From positions 3,403 to 67,402 of the forward strand of contig DASUTO010000281.1 in the NCBI GenBank assembly GCA_036374555.1: a stretch of DNA of 64,000 bases, in the 5' to 3' direction. How positions within the stretch are numbered: the first letter of the stretch is position 1; the number at the start of each line of letters is the position of its first letter. A program made the translations under genes and the position numbers. The notes under the pieces are model-generated. The model had not been told where the DNA came from and did no database searches. It worked only from the letters and a program-made list of their open reading frames with translations. The DNA is from Chitinophagaceae bacterium. Its GTDB lineage: Bacteria > Bacteroidota > Bacteroidia > Chitinophagales > Chitinophagaceae. Positions 1 through 9,300 of the stretch are shown here, piece by piece.

Positions 1-1533
1 CCCCATTTTAATTACTTCGTCAACGCCGGCCATCAGGTCAATAAAATCTTTTCCGCCCCAATCCGCACGATTAGCCATTCTGAATTCCGCACCATAGCCG
101 GAAGATCCTCTTGGATTGGGACGTAGCACTGCATAACCCATTTCCGCAAATGCAGCAATTGGATATGTGCCTGAATTAGCAGCAACACATGTCTGTTGAA
201 ATACACCAGCAGGTCCTCCATGAACGTTCAATATGAAAGGAACTTTGGTTCCGGGTTTATAATTGATGGGGTAAGTAAGTAATCCTTCAATTTCTTTTCC
301 ATCGGCGCCTTTCCATTTTATTACCTCTGTTTTTGGTAAAGGTTTGTTTGCATTGCCTGCATTGATGTTGGTGATTTTTACAGGAGAATAATTATTTAAT
401 GAGCTGATATAAGCTTCAGGGAATTTTGATGGATTTTGTAAAATGAATGCGATATGAGTACCGGTTGAATTAATGGTAGCAGCACCCAGCAAATCTGTTG
501 TTCCTTTATTCCATTCAGCGATCGACTTGCCATCGGCACTTAAAACATAAATGCTGTTAAGTGTTTTATTAGCCTCGGTCCATAAAATATTTTTTCCGTC
601 AGCTGTCCAACCGGCAAGGCCCCCATTTTCATCTGGAGTAGATTTTAACTTCCATGATTTTCCATCAGCGACAGAATATATTTTTGCATGACGCGGGCCT
701 GACCAATCAACAGGATCTGTTGAAGAGTAATAGGCGATCATTTTCCCATCGGGACTGAACAACGGATTAGATTCACCGGCGCCGGTGGCAGCTATGGATT
801 TTATATTTCCGCTTTCGATATCGATCATTGAAATATCGCTATATACATTGTCGTTCACTTCAGGTGTTTTGCCATGACTATATGCAATGCTTTTTCCGTC
901 TGGACTCCAGTCAAATGCATTTATATTATAATTTTCTTTGGTCAATAATTTCTGTACTCGTTTACCGGCGGTATCTTTTTTATTTAGCCATAAAACAAAA
1001 AGACGATTTTGTTTTACTTCCTCATCCATAAAATACCAGTCATTCTTTGACTTTTTATTCTTTTCTTCTTTATCGGCTGCAGCATCTGTCATTACAAATG
1101 CGATCATGTTCCCGTCCGGGCTCCAGTCATAATTACCGACCCCTGATTTTACATCGGTTACTTTTTCGGCTTCACCGCCGCCAACATGAAGTACATACAA
1201 ATTGTTTTTTCCATCTCTTGAAGAAGTAAAAGCTATCCATTTACCGTCAGGGCTCCATTTTGGATTGGCAGAATTCTTATCGCCTTTAGTTAACTGGATA
1301 GTATTGCTGCCATCCGCATTGCAAAGAAAGACCTGGTTCACATATTCGCTGCGGTCATCGGTCATTACCGCTTCACGAACTGTATACAAGACTTTGCTAC
1401 CATCAGGCGATGGTACAACAGCAGAAATGTTTTTAAGTTTCAAACATTGTTCAGGGCTCCAGTTTGTTTTTGTTTGAGCTCTGGTGATTGCTGATACAAA
1501 AACAAAAACGATAAGCAGTGATATCTGTTTCAT
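1..1533 (-). CDS. S9 family serine peptidase (prolyl oligopeptidase/acylaminoacyl-peptidase type); N-terminal ~511 aa only, 3' end runs off the window
   Basis: My translation of the minus strand from ATG 1533-1531 stays open to base 1; it is absent from the ORF track because it has no in-window stop. Signal peptide MKQISLLIVFVFVSAITRAQ, repeated WSPDG(K/N) propeller blades, then ...LNVHGGPAGV...RPNPRGSSGYG at the start of the catalytic domain. Confidence 0.8.
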   Translation of the reverse strand, partial: MKQISLLIVFVFVSAITRAQTKTNWSPEQCLKLKNISAVVPSPDGSKVLYTVREAVMTDDRSEYVNQVFLCNADGSNTIQLTKGDKNSANPKWSPDGKWIAFTSSRDGKNNLYVLHVGGGEAEKVTDVKSGVGNYDWSPDGNMIAFVMTDAAADKEEKNKKSKNDWYFMDEEVKQNRLFVLWLNKKDTAGKRVQKLLTKENYNINAFDWSPDGKSIAYSHGKTPEVNDNVYSDISMIDIESGNIKSIAATGAGESNPLFSPDGKMIAYYSSTDPVDWSGPRHAKIYSVADGKSWKLKSTPDENGGLAGWTADGKNILWTEANKTLNSIYVLSADGKSIAEWNKGTTDLLGAATINSTGTHIAFILQNPSKFPEAYISSLNNYSPVKITNINAGNANKPLPKTEVIKWKGADGKEIEGLLTYPINYKPGTKVPFILNVHGGPAGVFQQTCVAANSGTYPIAAFAEMGYAVLRPNPRGSSGYGAEFRMANRADWGGKDFIDLMAGVDEVIKMG

Positions 1534-1670
1534 AAAAAATATTTTATCGTAAGTAAGGTAAGTATTCTAAGAAGATTTACAAGTTAAGAAAGTAGCGTGA
1601 ATAAACAATCTGCGAATTGATAAGGATAAATCTTAGATTAGTATGTCTTTTTAATTTTTAAAAGGCACCT

Positions 1671-2443
1671 ATGGAAGTTCATCATCATGCTCATACAGCA
1701 AGAAAAAATGGACACATTATTTCTGGGAATTCCTGATGCTATTCCTTGCCGTGACTCTTGGATTCTTTGTAGAGAACAAAAGAGAACATTATATCGAACA
1801 AGTAAGGGTAAAAGAATATGCACGCAGCCTTGCATTTGATATAGCCCGTGATACAGCAAACATGACCTACATCATCAACCGTATTAAAGTTCAGATCAAA
1901 AATACAGACAGTCTTGTTGCATACCTGAAAAGCCATAAGCCTCATGAGGTTCGCAATATTGATCTTTTTGCGCTTACTGTTTTGGACCGCTACCCTGCCT
2001 ATCGCTGGAGCCGGTCTACTTTCGAACAAATCAAAAACTCGGGAAGCCTGCGCTATTTTGGTGATACGATGGTTCGCTATATTTCTTCCTATGATGCTCT
2101 CTCCCGGCACATGGACGAAGATCATCGCAGCGATGAGGAAATGGCTAACCGCGCAGCTGCTTCAAGAGACAAAATCGTTGATTTAAGTTACCCCAATGAA
2201 TTGGCGCATGGATTATACCTCCGCTTTGATTCGATGATGAAGACAACTTATTACCAGCAGTTTGCGGCAAGTGATAAGACGCCGTTACTGACGACGGATA
2301 GCATAGATTTGAAAATATTTCTGAATGAAAAACTGAATATTCGCCGAAACCTGGCTATCAGAGCAGACGATGAATTAAGATTGCTGGTGAACCAAGGCAG
2401 AAGATTGATTGGACTTTTAAAAAATAAATATCGGTTTCAATAA
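1671..2443 (+). pseudogene. His-rich-N-terminus single-pass membrane protein, paralog 1; frame broken at an A6 run (1703-1708)
   Basis: 1671-1736 reads MEVHHHAHTARKNGHIISGNS*. ORF 1736-2443 starts MLFLAVTLGFFVENKREHYIE. Adding one A restores MEVHHHAHTARKKWTHYFWEFLMLFLAVTLGFFVEN, colinear with the intact paralog at 5171-5917. Confidence 0.6.
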
Positions 2444-2451
2444 GCAACCGT

Positions 2452-2532
2452 ATGGAAGTTCATCATCACCAGAGAGCTATCGGATCTCGTACTCCAGGAA
2501 AAAATGGATGCATTATTTCGGAAAAGTTTTAA
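2452..2532 (+). other. Truncated copy of the MEVHHH gene-start module (26-codon ORF)
   Basis: ATGGAAGTTCATCATCAC... encodes MEVHHHQRAIGSRTPGKNGCIISEKF*. It starts 8 nt after the stop of the 1736-2443 ORF and has the same GGAAAAAATGG A6 context as copy 1. Confidence 0.5.
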
Positions 2533-2577
2533 TGTCGTTTCATTAGCTTTATTGTCCCTTCATCTAAAGCCAAAACT

Positions 2578-5139
2578 ATGACGAGAAATGTTTTTTTTGC
2601 AGCACTTGCTATTTTTTTTCACCTAACTGCTATTTCTCAAGCGGACTATTTCTATCCCGCTGCAGGAAATTTTAATGCTTCCATTCCTACTCCCGAGAAA
2701 TTCTTAGGCTATGCAATAGGCAGTCATCATACAAGACATGATAAACTCGTTGAGTATTTTAAAGAGCTGGATCGTTTATCAGATCGTGTAAGCTTCCAGG
2801 TAATAGGAGAAACATTTGAACATCGTCCGCAAGTGGTAGCCATTTTTACTTCGCCATCCAATCATCAGCGACTGGAAGAGATTCGCAAAGCCCATCTGGC
2901 AGGCCAGGTAAATGGCAACACGGAAAATATTCCACTGGTTATTCATCTCGGGTATAATGTTCATGGTAATGAGCCATCAAGTAGTGAAGCTGCCATGCTT
3001 ACCGCCTATTATTTAACAGCATCTGAAGGTGACGAAACCACGAAATGGATGAATGAAATGGTGATACTAATGGATCCGGTCATCAATCCCGATGGAAGAG
3101 ACCGCCATACTCATTGGGCGAATATGCATAAAGCATCACCTCTCGTTGATGATCCTATCGACAGGGAACATACAGAAATATGGCCTGGCGGAAGATTTAA
3201 TCACTATTGGTTCGATTTAAACAGGGATTGGTTTTTAGGAACATTTCCCGAAACAAGAAACCGTATAAAATTTTTTCATTACTGGCGGCCTTATGTGCAA
3301 ACAGATCATCACGAGATGGGGAGCAACTCCACTTTTTATTTTGACCCTGGTGAAGATGCCAGCAATAATCCGATCGTTCCTGATTATTTATACAAAACCG
3401 TTTACCCGAAATACGCCGAATATTTTTCCAAAGCCACCGACAAGCTCGGCTCCATGTATTTTACCAAGGAGGCTTATGATAAATTATATCCCGGTTATGG
3501 CAGCAGCTATATTAATTTTTATGGCGGTGCCGGGTTTTTATTTGAGCAGGCCAGCAGCCGCGGACATGTGCAGGAAACGAATACCATACCACTCACATTT
3601 GCTTTTACAATCAGGAATCAATTTATTGCTTCGCTAACTACAATCAGAGCTTCACTAACTGAAAAGAACATGTTGCTCAAGATGCGAAAAGAATTTTACA
3701 GGATCGCAAAGGAAGAACAGGCAAGATCATCCGTCAAGGGTTATGTATTTGGTGATGCCAGTGATGAAACCAGGACAAGGGCATTTGTTGAATTGTTGCT
3801 GCTGCATGAAATAGAGGTGTACGAAGTAATCAGCAATACTGTTGCCGACGGAAAAAGATTTGAACCAGGAAAGACTTTTTATGTCCCTGCTATGCAGGAT
3901 AATTATATAATGGTGCGCTCGGTGTTTGAAAAACAAATCACTTATGTAGACAGTTCTTTTTATGATGCATCTGCCTGGAGCCTTGTGCATGCATATGATC
4001 TTCCTTATGCCGAAATGAAAACTTCTTATGCAGCGGGAAAAAGAATTACAGCATTGGCTACCAGGAATGTGACGGATCCGGCAAAAAGTAATTATGCTTA
4101 TGTGATGAGCAATACGGATTACAATATTCACAAGGCCATTTTCAGTTTGCAACAATCAGGTGTCATTGTTCAATCAGCATTCCGGCCTTTTACGGCTACT
4201 ATAAACGGATCTGGTAAAAAATTTGGTTATGGCAGCGTGGTGATTTCTGTACAACAACAACTGATCTCCCCTGACTCACTATATAAAGCACTAATAACGG
4301 CGGGCAGAGGATCTAATATTAGTATATATGGCATCCAAACGGGATATAGCGCCGGCGGCGTTGATTTGGGAAGTGGTTATGTACGAACACTTAAAAAACC
4401 CGAAGTATTGCTGATCATCGGAACAGGCGTTGCTGCTTCGGAAGCCGGTTTTATCTGGCATTTGCTGGATCAGCGTTTGCAAATGCCTGTTACCAAAATA
4501 GATGTTTTAAATATTAGCAGGGCCAACCTGGATCGCTATAACACGCTGATCATGGTTTCAGGAAATTATTCACTCATTGATACAATCACAACGAACAAAA
4601 TAAGAACATGGGTGCAGGCCGGCAATACTTTAATTACTATTAAAGGCGGAACGGAATGGGCCATTCGTAATCGATTCACCAGGGAAAAACTTTTACCGGC
4701 TGACACTGCTAAAGGAGTACCGGTGCGCAAGGACTTTGATATGGCTGTGCATATAGAAGGCGCTAAAGCTTTGGGCGGATCTATTTTTCGTGTTGATCTT
4801 GATACAACTCATCCCATCGGTTTTGGTTTTACCAGCAGAAAAGTTTCTGTATATAAAAATGGTCTTACGTTTTTACAACCCAGCACTAATCCATATAACA
4901 CTGTGTCGCAGTACACCAGTGATCCACTTATCGGCGGTTATATTCATCCCACTACATTGAAGAAAGTAAAAAGCTCTGCAGCTATTTTAGTTGGCAGTGA
5001 AGGAAGTGGAAGGCTAATTTTATTCAGCGACGATCCAAATTTCCGTGGCACCTGGTACGGGACAAACAAACTTTTCCTGAATGCAATATTTTACGGGAAT
5101 AATATTAACGTACCGACGTTGGCCGGTCAACAACAATAA
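2578..5139 (+). CDS. M14 family zinc carboxypeptidase, secreted, with a long C-terminal extension
   Basis: 853-aa ORF. Signal peptide MTRNVFFAALAIFFHLTAISQA. GYNVHGNEPSSSEAAM (HxxE zinc ligands of M14) and DPVINPDGRD. Confidence 0.85.
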   Translation: MTRNVFFAALAIFFHLTAISQADYFYPAAGNFNASIPTPEKFLGYAIGSHHTRHDKLVEYFKELDRLSDRVSFQVIGETFEHRPQVVAIFTSPSNHQRLEEIRKAHLAGQVNGNTENIPLVIHLGYNVHGNEPSSSEAAMLTAYYLTASEGDETTKWMNEMVILMDPVINPDGRDRHTHWANMHKASPLVDDPIDREHTEIWPGGRFNHYWFDLNRDWFLGTFPETRNRIKFFHYWRPYVQTDHHEMGSNSTFYFDPGEDASNNPIVPDYLYKTVYPKYAEYFSKATDKLGSMYFTKEAYDKLYPGYGSSYINFYGGAGFLFEQASSRGHVQETNTIPLTFAFTIRNQFIASLTTIRASLTEKNMLLKMRKEFYRIAKEEQARSSVKGYVFGDASDETRTRAFVELLLLHEIEVYEVISNTVADGKRFEPGKTFYVPAMQDNYIMVRSVFEKQITYVDSSFYDASAWSLVHAYDLPYAEMKTSYAAGKRITALATRNVTDPAKSNYAYVMSNTDYNIHKAIFSLQQSGVIVQSAFRPFTATINGSGKKFGYGSVVISVQQQLISPDSLYKALITAGRGSNISIYGIQTGYSAGGVDLGSGYVRTLKKPEVLLIIGTGVAASEAGFIWHLLDQRLQMPVTKIDVLNISRANLDRYNTLIMVSGNYSLIDTITTNKIRTWVQAGNTLITIKGGTEWAIRNRFTREKLLPADTAKGVPVRKDFDMAVHIEGAKALGGSIFRVDLDTTHPIGFGFTSRKVSVYKNGLTFLQPSTNPYNTVSQYTSDPLIGGYIHPTTLKKVKSSAAILVGSEGSGRLILFSDDPNFRGTWYGTNKLFLNAIFYGNNINVPTLAGQQQ

Positions 5140-5170
5140 TATTGATATAACTTGATAAACTTCTATCATT

Positions 5171-5917
5171 ATGGAAGTCCATCAACATACTCATACCCCA
5201 AGAAAAAAATGGACCCATTATTTCTGGGAATTTTTAATGTTATTCCTGGCAGTAACCCTTGGATTTTTTGTGGAGAACCAGCGGGAACATTACATCGAAC
5301 ATCAAAGAGAAAAACAGTTTATCAAATCATTGTTTAATGACATAATATCAGATACAGCCAATATTGCAAAGATCATTAATGCAAGAACACAAAAAGAACA
5401 AATGCTGGATTCAATTTCGAATATGATGAATAGTCCTCGTCCTGCCAATTTTATAAACCAGATATATCCTTACGCTGTGCTCATCGGTCGTACGCTACCG
5501 TACCGGTTTGTTCCAAATGATGGTACGATGCAACAACTAAAAAATTCGGGAGCCTTGCGATTGATCCGTAATCGTACGGTGGTTGATAGTATTTCAAAAT
5601 ATGACATAAATGTAAGAAATATACTGGGGCAATATGCGGTGGAAGAGAACCAGATCGAACATTATAGAAGTGCGGCAGCAAAAATTTTTGATGCCCTGTT
5701 TTTTGGCCAGATGCTGGATGAGAATGCGGCTGTGGTTAGCCCACCTGCTGAGAATACCTCTTTTCAACCATATAGCAGCCGGGAGCTTTCAGAGTGGAAT
5801 TACAGGGTGTATGGATTAAATGGGATCAATAAAGCAAACCGGCGTGATCTAAGATTACTCCTGAAACAAGCTACCGAGTTATTGGAGTTGCTTAAGAAAA
5901 AGTATCATCTTGAATAA
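5171..5917 (+). CDS. His-rich-N-terminus single-pass membrane protein, paralog 2 (intact)
   Basis: 248-aa ORF MEVHQHTHTPRKKWTHYFWEFLMLFLAVTLGFFVENQREHYIE.... One predicted TM helix, then a ~200-aa helical domain. Clear paralog of 1671-2443, including the shared C-terminal LLK(N/K)KY motif. Confidence 0.75.
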   Translation: MEVHQHTHTPRKKWTHYFWEFLMLFLAVTLGFFVENQREHYIEHQREKQFIKSLFNDIISDTANIAKIINARTQKEQMLDSISNMMNSPRPANFINQIYPYAVLIGRTLPYRFVPNDGTMQQLKNSGALRLIRNRTVVDSISKYDINVRNILGQYAVEENQIEHYRSAAAKIFDALFFGQMLDENAAVVSPPAENTSFQPYSSRELSEWNYRVYGLNGINKANRRDLRLLLKQATELLELLKKKYHLE

Positions 5918-5923
5918 AAATTT

Positions 5924-6013
5924 ATGGAAGTGCGCCATCGCTCTCATACGCAAGGAAAAAAGGAAGCGTCATATTTGATCGCAGATCTGAGAAATGAATT
6001 CCATTTGAAATAA
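5924..6013 (+). other. Truncated, diverged copy of the MEVHHH gene-start module (29-codon ORF)
   Basis: ATGGAAGTGCGCCATCGCTCTCATACGCAAGGAAAAAAG encodes MEVRHRSHTQGKKEASYLIADLRNEFHLK*. It starts 6 nt after the stop of 5171-5917 and abuts the convergent gene ending at 6014. Confidence 0.45.
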
Positions 6014-6358
6014 TTAACCCCTTGGGACAGGCGGCTTTTTGGCTGGCCTCATTGAACCAGACGATGGTTTTGTTGCCGGCGCGGCCTGTTTTTTCTCCGG
6101 CGATGTATTTGTATTGTCCGTTTGATTTTGCCCGGCATTCGTTGTGGAATTATTATTAACAGGAACAGTGGCACTTTCTGTTGGTTGCTGTATTTGGTTG
6201 ATCTTTTGATTTCTTGTTGCCTGTATTGTTTTTATTTTATTTATTTCTGCAGCGAAAGACCTTTCGCTGGGTTTTTTTTGTTGCTGCGCATTTATTGACA
6301 AACTCAAAAAGAATGAAACGCACAAACACAAAGTGGATATGATCAAACTCTTTTTCAT
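6014..6358 (-). CDS. Secreted low-complexity (Q/N/P/T-rich) protein, function unknown
   Basis: 114-aa ORF with signal peptide MKKSLIISTLCLCVSFFLSLSINAQ. It lies 20 nt downstream of the repeat-fibre gene on the same strand. Confidence 0.55.
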   Translation of the reverse strand: MKKSLIISTLCLCVSFFLSLSINAQQQKKPSERSFAAEINKIKTIQATRNQKINQIQQPTESATVPVNNNSTTNAGQNQTDNTNTSPEKKQAAPATKPSSGSMRPAKKPPVPRG

Positions 6359-6378
6359 ACAATAATTTTTATGAGAAT

Positions 6379-9300
6379 TTATTTTATGCTTACCAATACT
6401 TTTATTTTACCAATACTGGTTTCATTATAATCCTGCAGCGCTTTTCCGATCACCTGTCCTATTTTTACTTTGTCAGGATCTGCTTTCATAGCAACACCCG
6501 GTATAGATGAAGTGACAAGCATGTCGCCTCTTTTGATTGATCCTCCTTCGAGACAAACTTTTGTAGGTATTACTCCAATAACTCCCATCGGAACTTTGTC
6601 TTCTAAATCGGTATCAATATTTTCTTCGGTAAGTAAAACACCAGGTTTTGTTGCATATACACCTGCTACCAATGTTGAATAAGGCTGGCTGGATCTTTCA
6701 ACCGACCTGTCTTTGTCCGTGGAAATAACAAGCACATCGCCAGTTTCATATTCTTTTACATTACCAGTCACATCAAATGCTTCTGCAATATCAGCACCAC
6801 TGTTTTGTGTACCGCCATTAAAAAACCCTTTACCTGTTTTATCAATTCTTGCAACATTAGAACCATTCGCTTTAAACACTGCAGGGTTGCCATTGCCAGC
6901 TCCTTCTACAGATGCAACCAGGGCATTACTGTTTAAAGTTCCATCCACATTTGCCTGCGCAAGTACCCCGATACCATTATCTGTTCCGGCAATTCCCTGT
7001 ACTCCTGCATAAGTTCCGTCATTTCTTCCAACGACGGCGGACGATGAATTACTTATATTACGACCTACAATAGCTTCCCCACCGCCAGTATTATATCCTA
7101 ATACTCCTGCAGCTAAAGCACTATAAGTAATTCCCCAAAGACCATTTCCACCTTCACTGATTGCAGTGCTACCAGTACCTGTACCCACAGTATAAGCAAA
7201 TAGAGCATCAGACGCATTTGTAGCGTTTGAAACATCAAAGTAGCCAGCAGTATAATTTGTACTTGTTCCAAAAATACCACTTCCGTTTACTGAGAACCCG
7301 TGAAGACCATTTCCAGATTGAGAATTTCCATAGACACCGGTGCCCAATCCATTATGAGTTCCCCATATACCAGTTCCGTTGCTACTGGTACTACTATTGA
7401 TACCCCTGATAGCAGATGAAGATGTGCCTGCTGATACAGATGTTATTTTTCCAATCACTCCAAATGCGTTTGCATTTGTAGAAGAGTTAATACCTTCTAA
7501 GCCACCTCCTGTTCCGGTGTTTGTTAGCGACATCAGGTTTGCGGCATTATTTGCACTGGAAGAATATGGTAAGGTAAAGCTGCCACCAGCCTCAGCTGCC
7601 GGAGCCCATTGCGTACCGTTGAATTTTAATATTTGTCCATTCACTGGCGCTGTGTTGCTAACTGCTATATTTTGAATCTTACTAACTAAAGGATTTGGAT
7701 ATGTTCCGGTTAGATCACCTCCCGCGGTTCCATTCGGAGGTAGCGAAGTTGGAATAACTCCGGCAGCAAGTTTTGAGGTTGTAATGGAAGCATCCACAAC
7801 CTTTGCAGTTGTTACAGAATTATCAGCAAGTTTAGCGGTAGTGATTACTCCGTTATTAATTGTTGGGTTAGGATATGATCCTGTAAGGTCACCACCTGCA
7901 GCTCCATTTGGAGGTAATGAAGTTGGAATGACACCTGCAGCAAGTTTTGCACTTGTAACTGAACCATCAGCAATTTTTGTTGTGGTAATTGCACCGGTAT
8001 TAATTGTCGGGTTCGGATAAGAACCGGTTAAATCGCCACCAGCGGGACCAGTTGGACCACCACCACTACCGGTATTATCAGTTCCGGGCACCCAGCTTGT
8101 ACCGTTAAATTTCAATACCTGGCCATTTGCCGCACCAGTCGTTGTTACAGTTACTCCCAGAATTTTATTAACAGATGGATTTGGATAAGATCCTGTCAGA
8201 TCACCACCTGCAGTTCCATTAGGAGGTAATGAAGTTGGAATAACACCAGCCGCAAGTTTTGCACTTGTGACAGAAGCATCAGCAATTTTTAAAGTTGTTA
8301 CAGAGTTATCCGCAAGTTTGGTTGCAGTGATTACTCCATTGTTGATTGTTGGGTTTGGATAGGTTCCTGCCAGATCACCACCAGCAGGTCCGGTAGGATT
8401 ACCACCCGAACCAAGAATCACATCCGGACCAAGCTTTGCTAATGTAATAGAACCGTCAAGAACTTTCGCAGTTGTTACAGAGTTGTCTGCAAGTTTATTT
8501 GAGTTCACAGCACCATCTGCAAGTTTCGGAGTAATGACAGCTCCATTTTCAATCTTTGGAGTTGTAACAGAACCGGCGCTAAGATTTGGATTGGGATAGG
8601 TGCCAGAAAGGTCACCACCTGCAGGACCTGTTGGATTGCTACCACCACCACTGCCGACATCGTCAGTAGCAGGAACCCATTGGGTACCGTTGAATTTTAA
8701 CACCTGTCCATTGACAGGAGCAGTATTACTAACGGCAATGTTTTGAATCTTATTTACTAAAGGATTAGGGTAAGAACCAGCTAAATCACCACCTGCAGTT
8801 CCATTAGGAGGTAATGAAGTTGGAATAACACCTGCTGCAAGTTTTGCACCTGTAACTGAAGCATCAACAATTTTTGAAGTTGTTACAGAATTATCGGCAA
8901 GTTTAGCTGTAGTGATCGCTCCGTTATTAATAGTTGGATTAGGATACGTTCCTGTAAGATCACCACTCGCAGTTCCACTTGGAGGTAATGAAGTTGGGAT
9001 AACACCGGCAGCAAGTTTTGCACTAGTAACTGAAGCATTAACGATTTTCGAAGTTGTTATAGAATTATCGGCCAGCTTAGTTGTTGTAATTACTCCATTA
9101 TTAATAGCCGGATTAGGGTAAGTTCCGGTCAGGTCGCCACCTGCAGGCCCGATAGGTGCGCCGCCTGAACCAAGAATTACATCCGGACCAAGTTTAGCTA
9201 ATGTGATAGATCCATCAACAACTTTTGAAGTAGTTACCGCATTGTCGGCCAATTTTCCATTAGTGATTGCTCCATTATTGATAGTTGGATTTGGATAGGT

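Noticed and set aside
1671-1736. The short His-codon-rich ORFs (1671, 2452, 5924) as histidine-attenuator-type leader peptides
   Set aside because: The same sequence is clearly the N-terminus of a full-length membrane protein in the intact paralog (5171-5917). No his biosynthesis genes and no terminator/antiterminator structures follow. The short ORFs are better explained as a frameshifted gene and truncated copies.
6470-9121. Plus-strand ORFs (6470, 6713, 7379, 7784, 8912) antisense to the fibre gene
   Set aside because: They are antisense products of a Gly/Thr/Ala/Asn-rich repeat gene whose codon composition suppresses stops on the opposite strand. Their peptides are themselves repetitive mirror images (for example GYVPVRSPLAVPLGGNEVG recurring). 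They have no independent start context.
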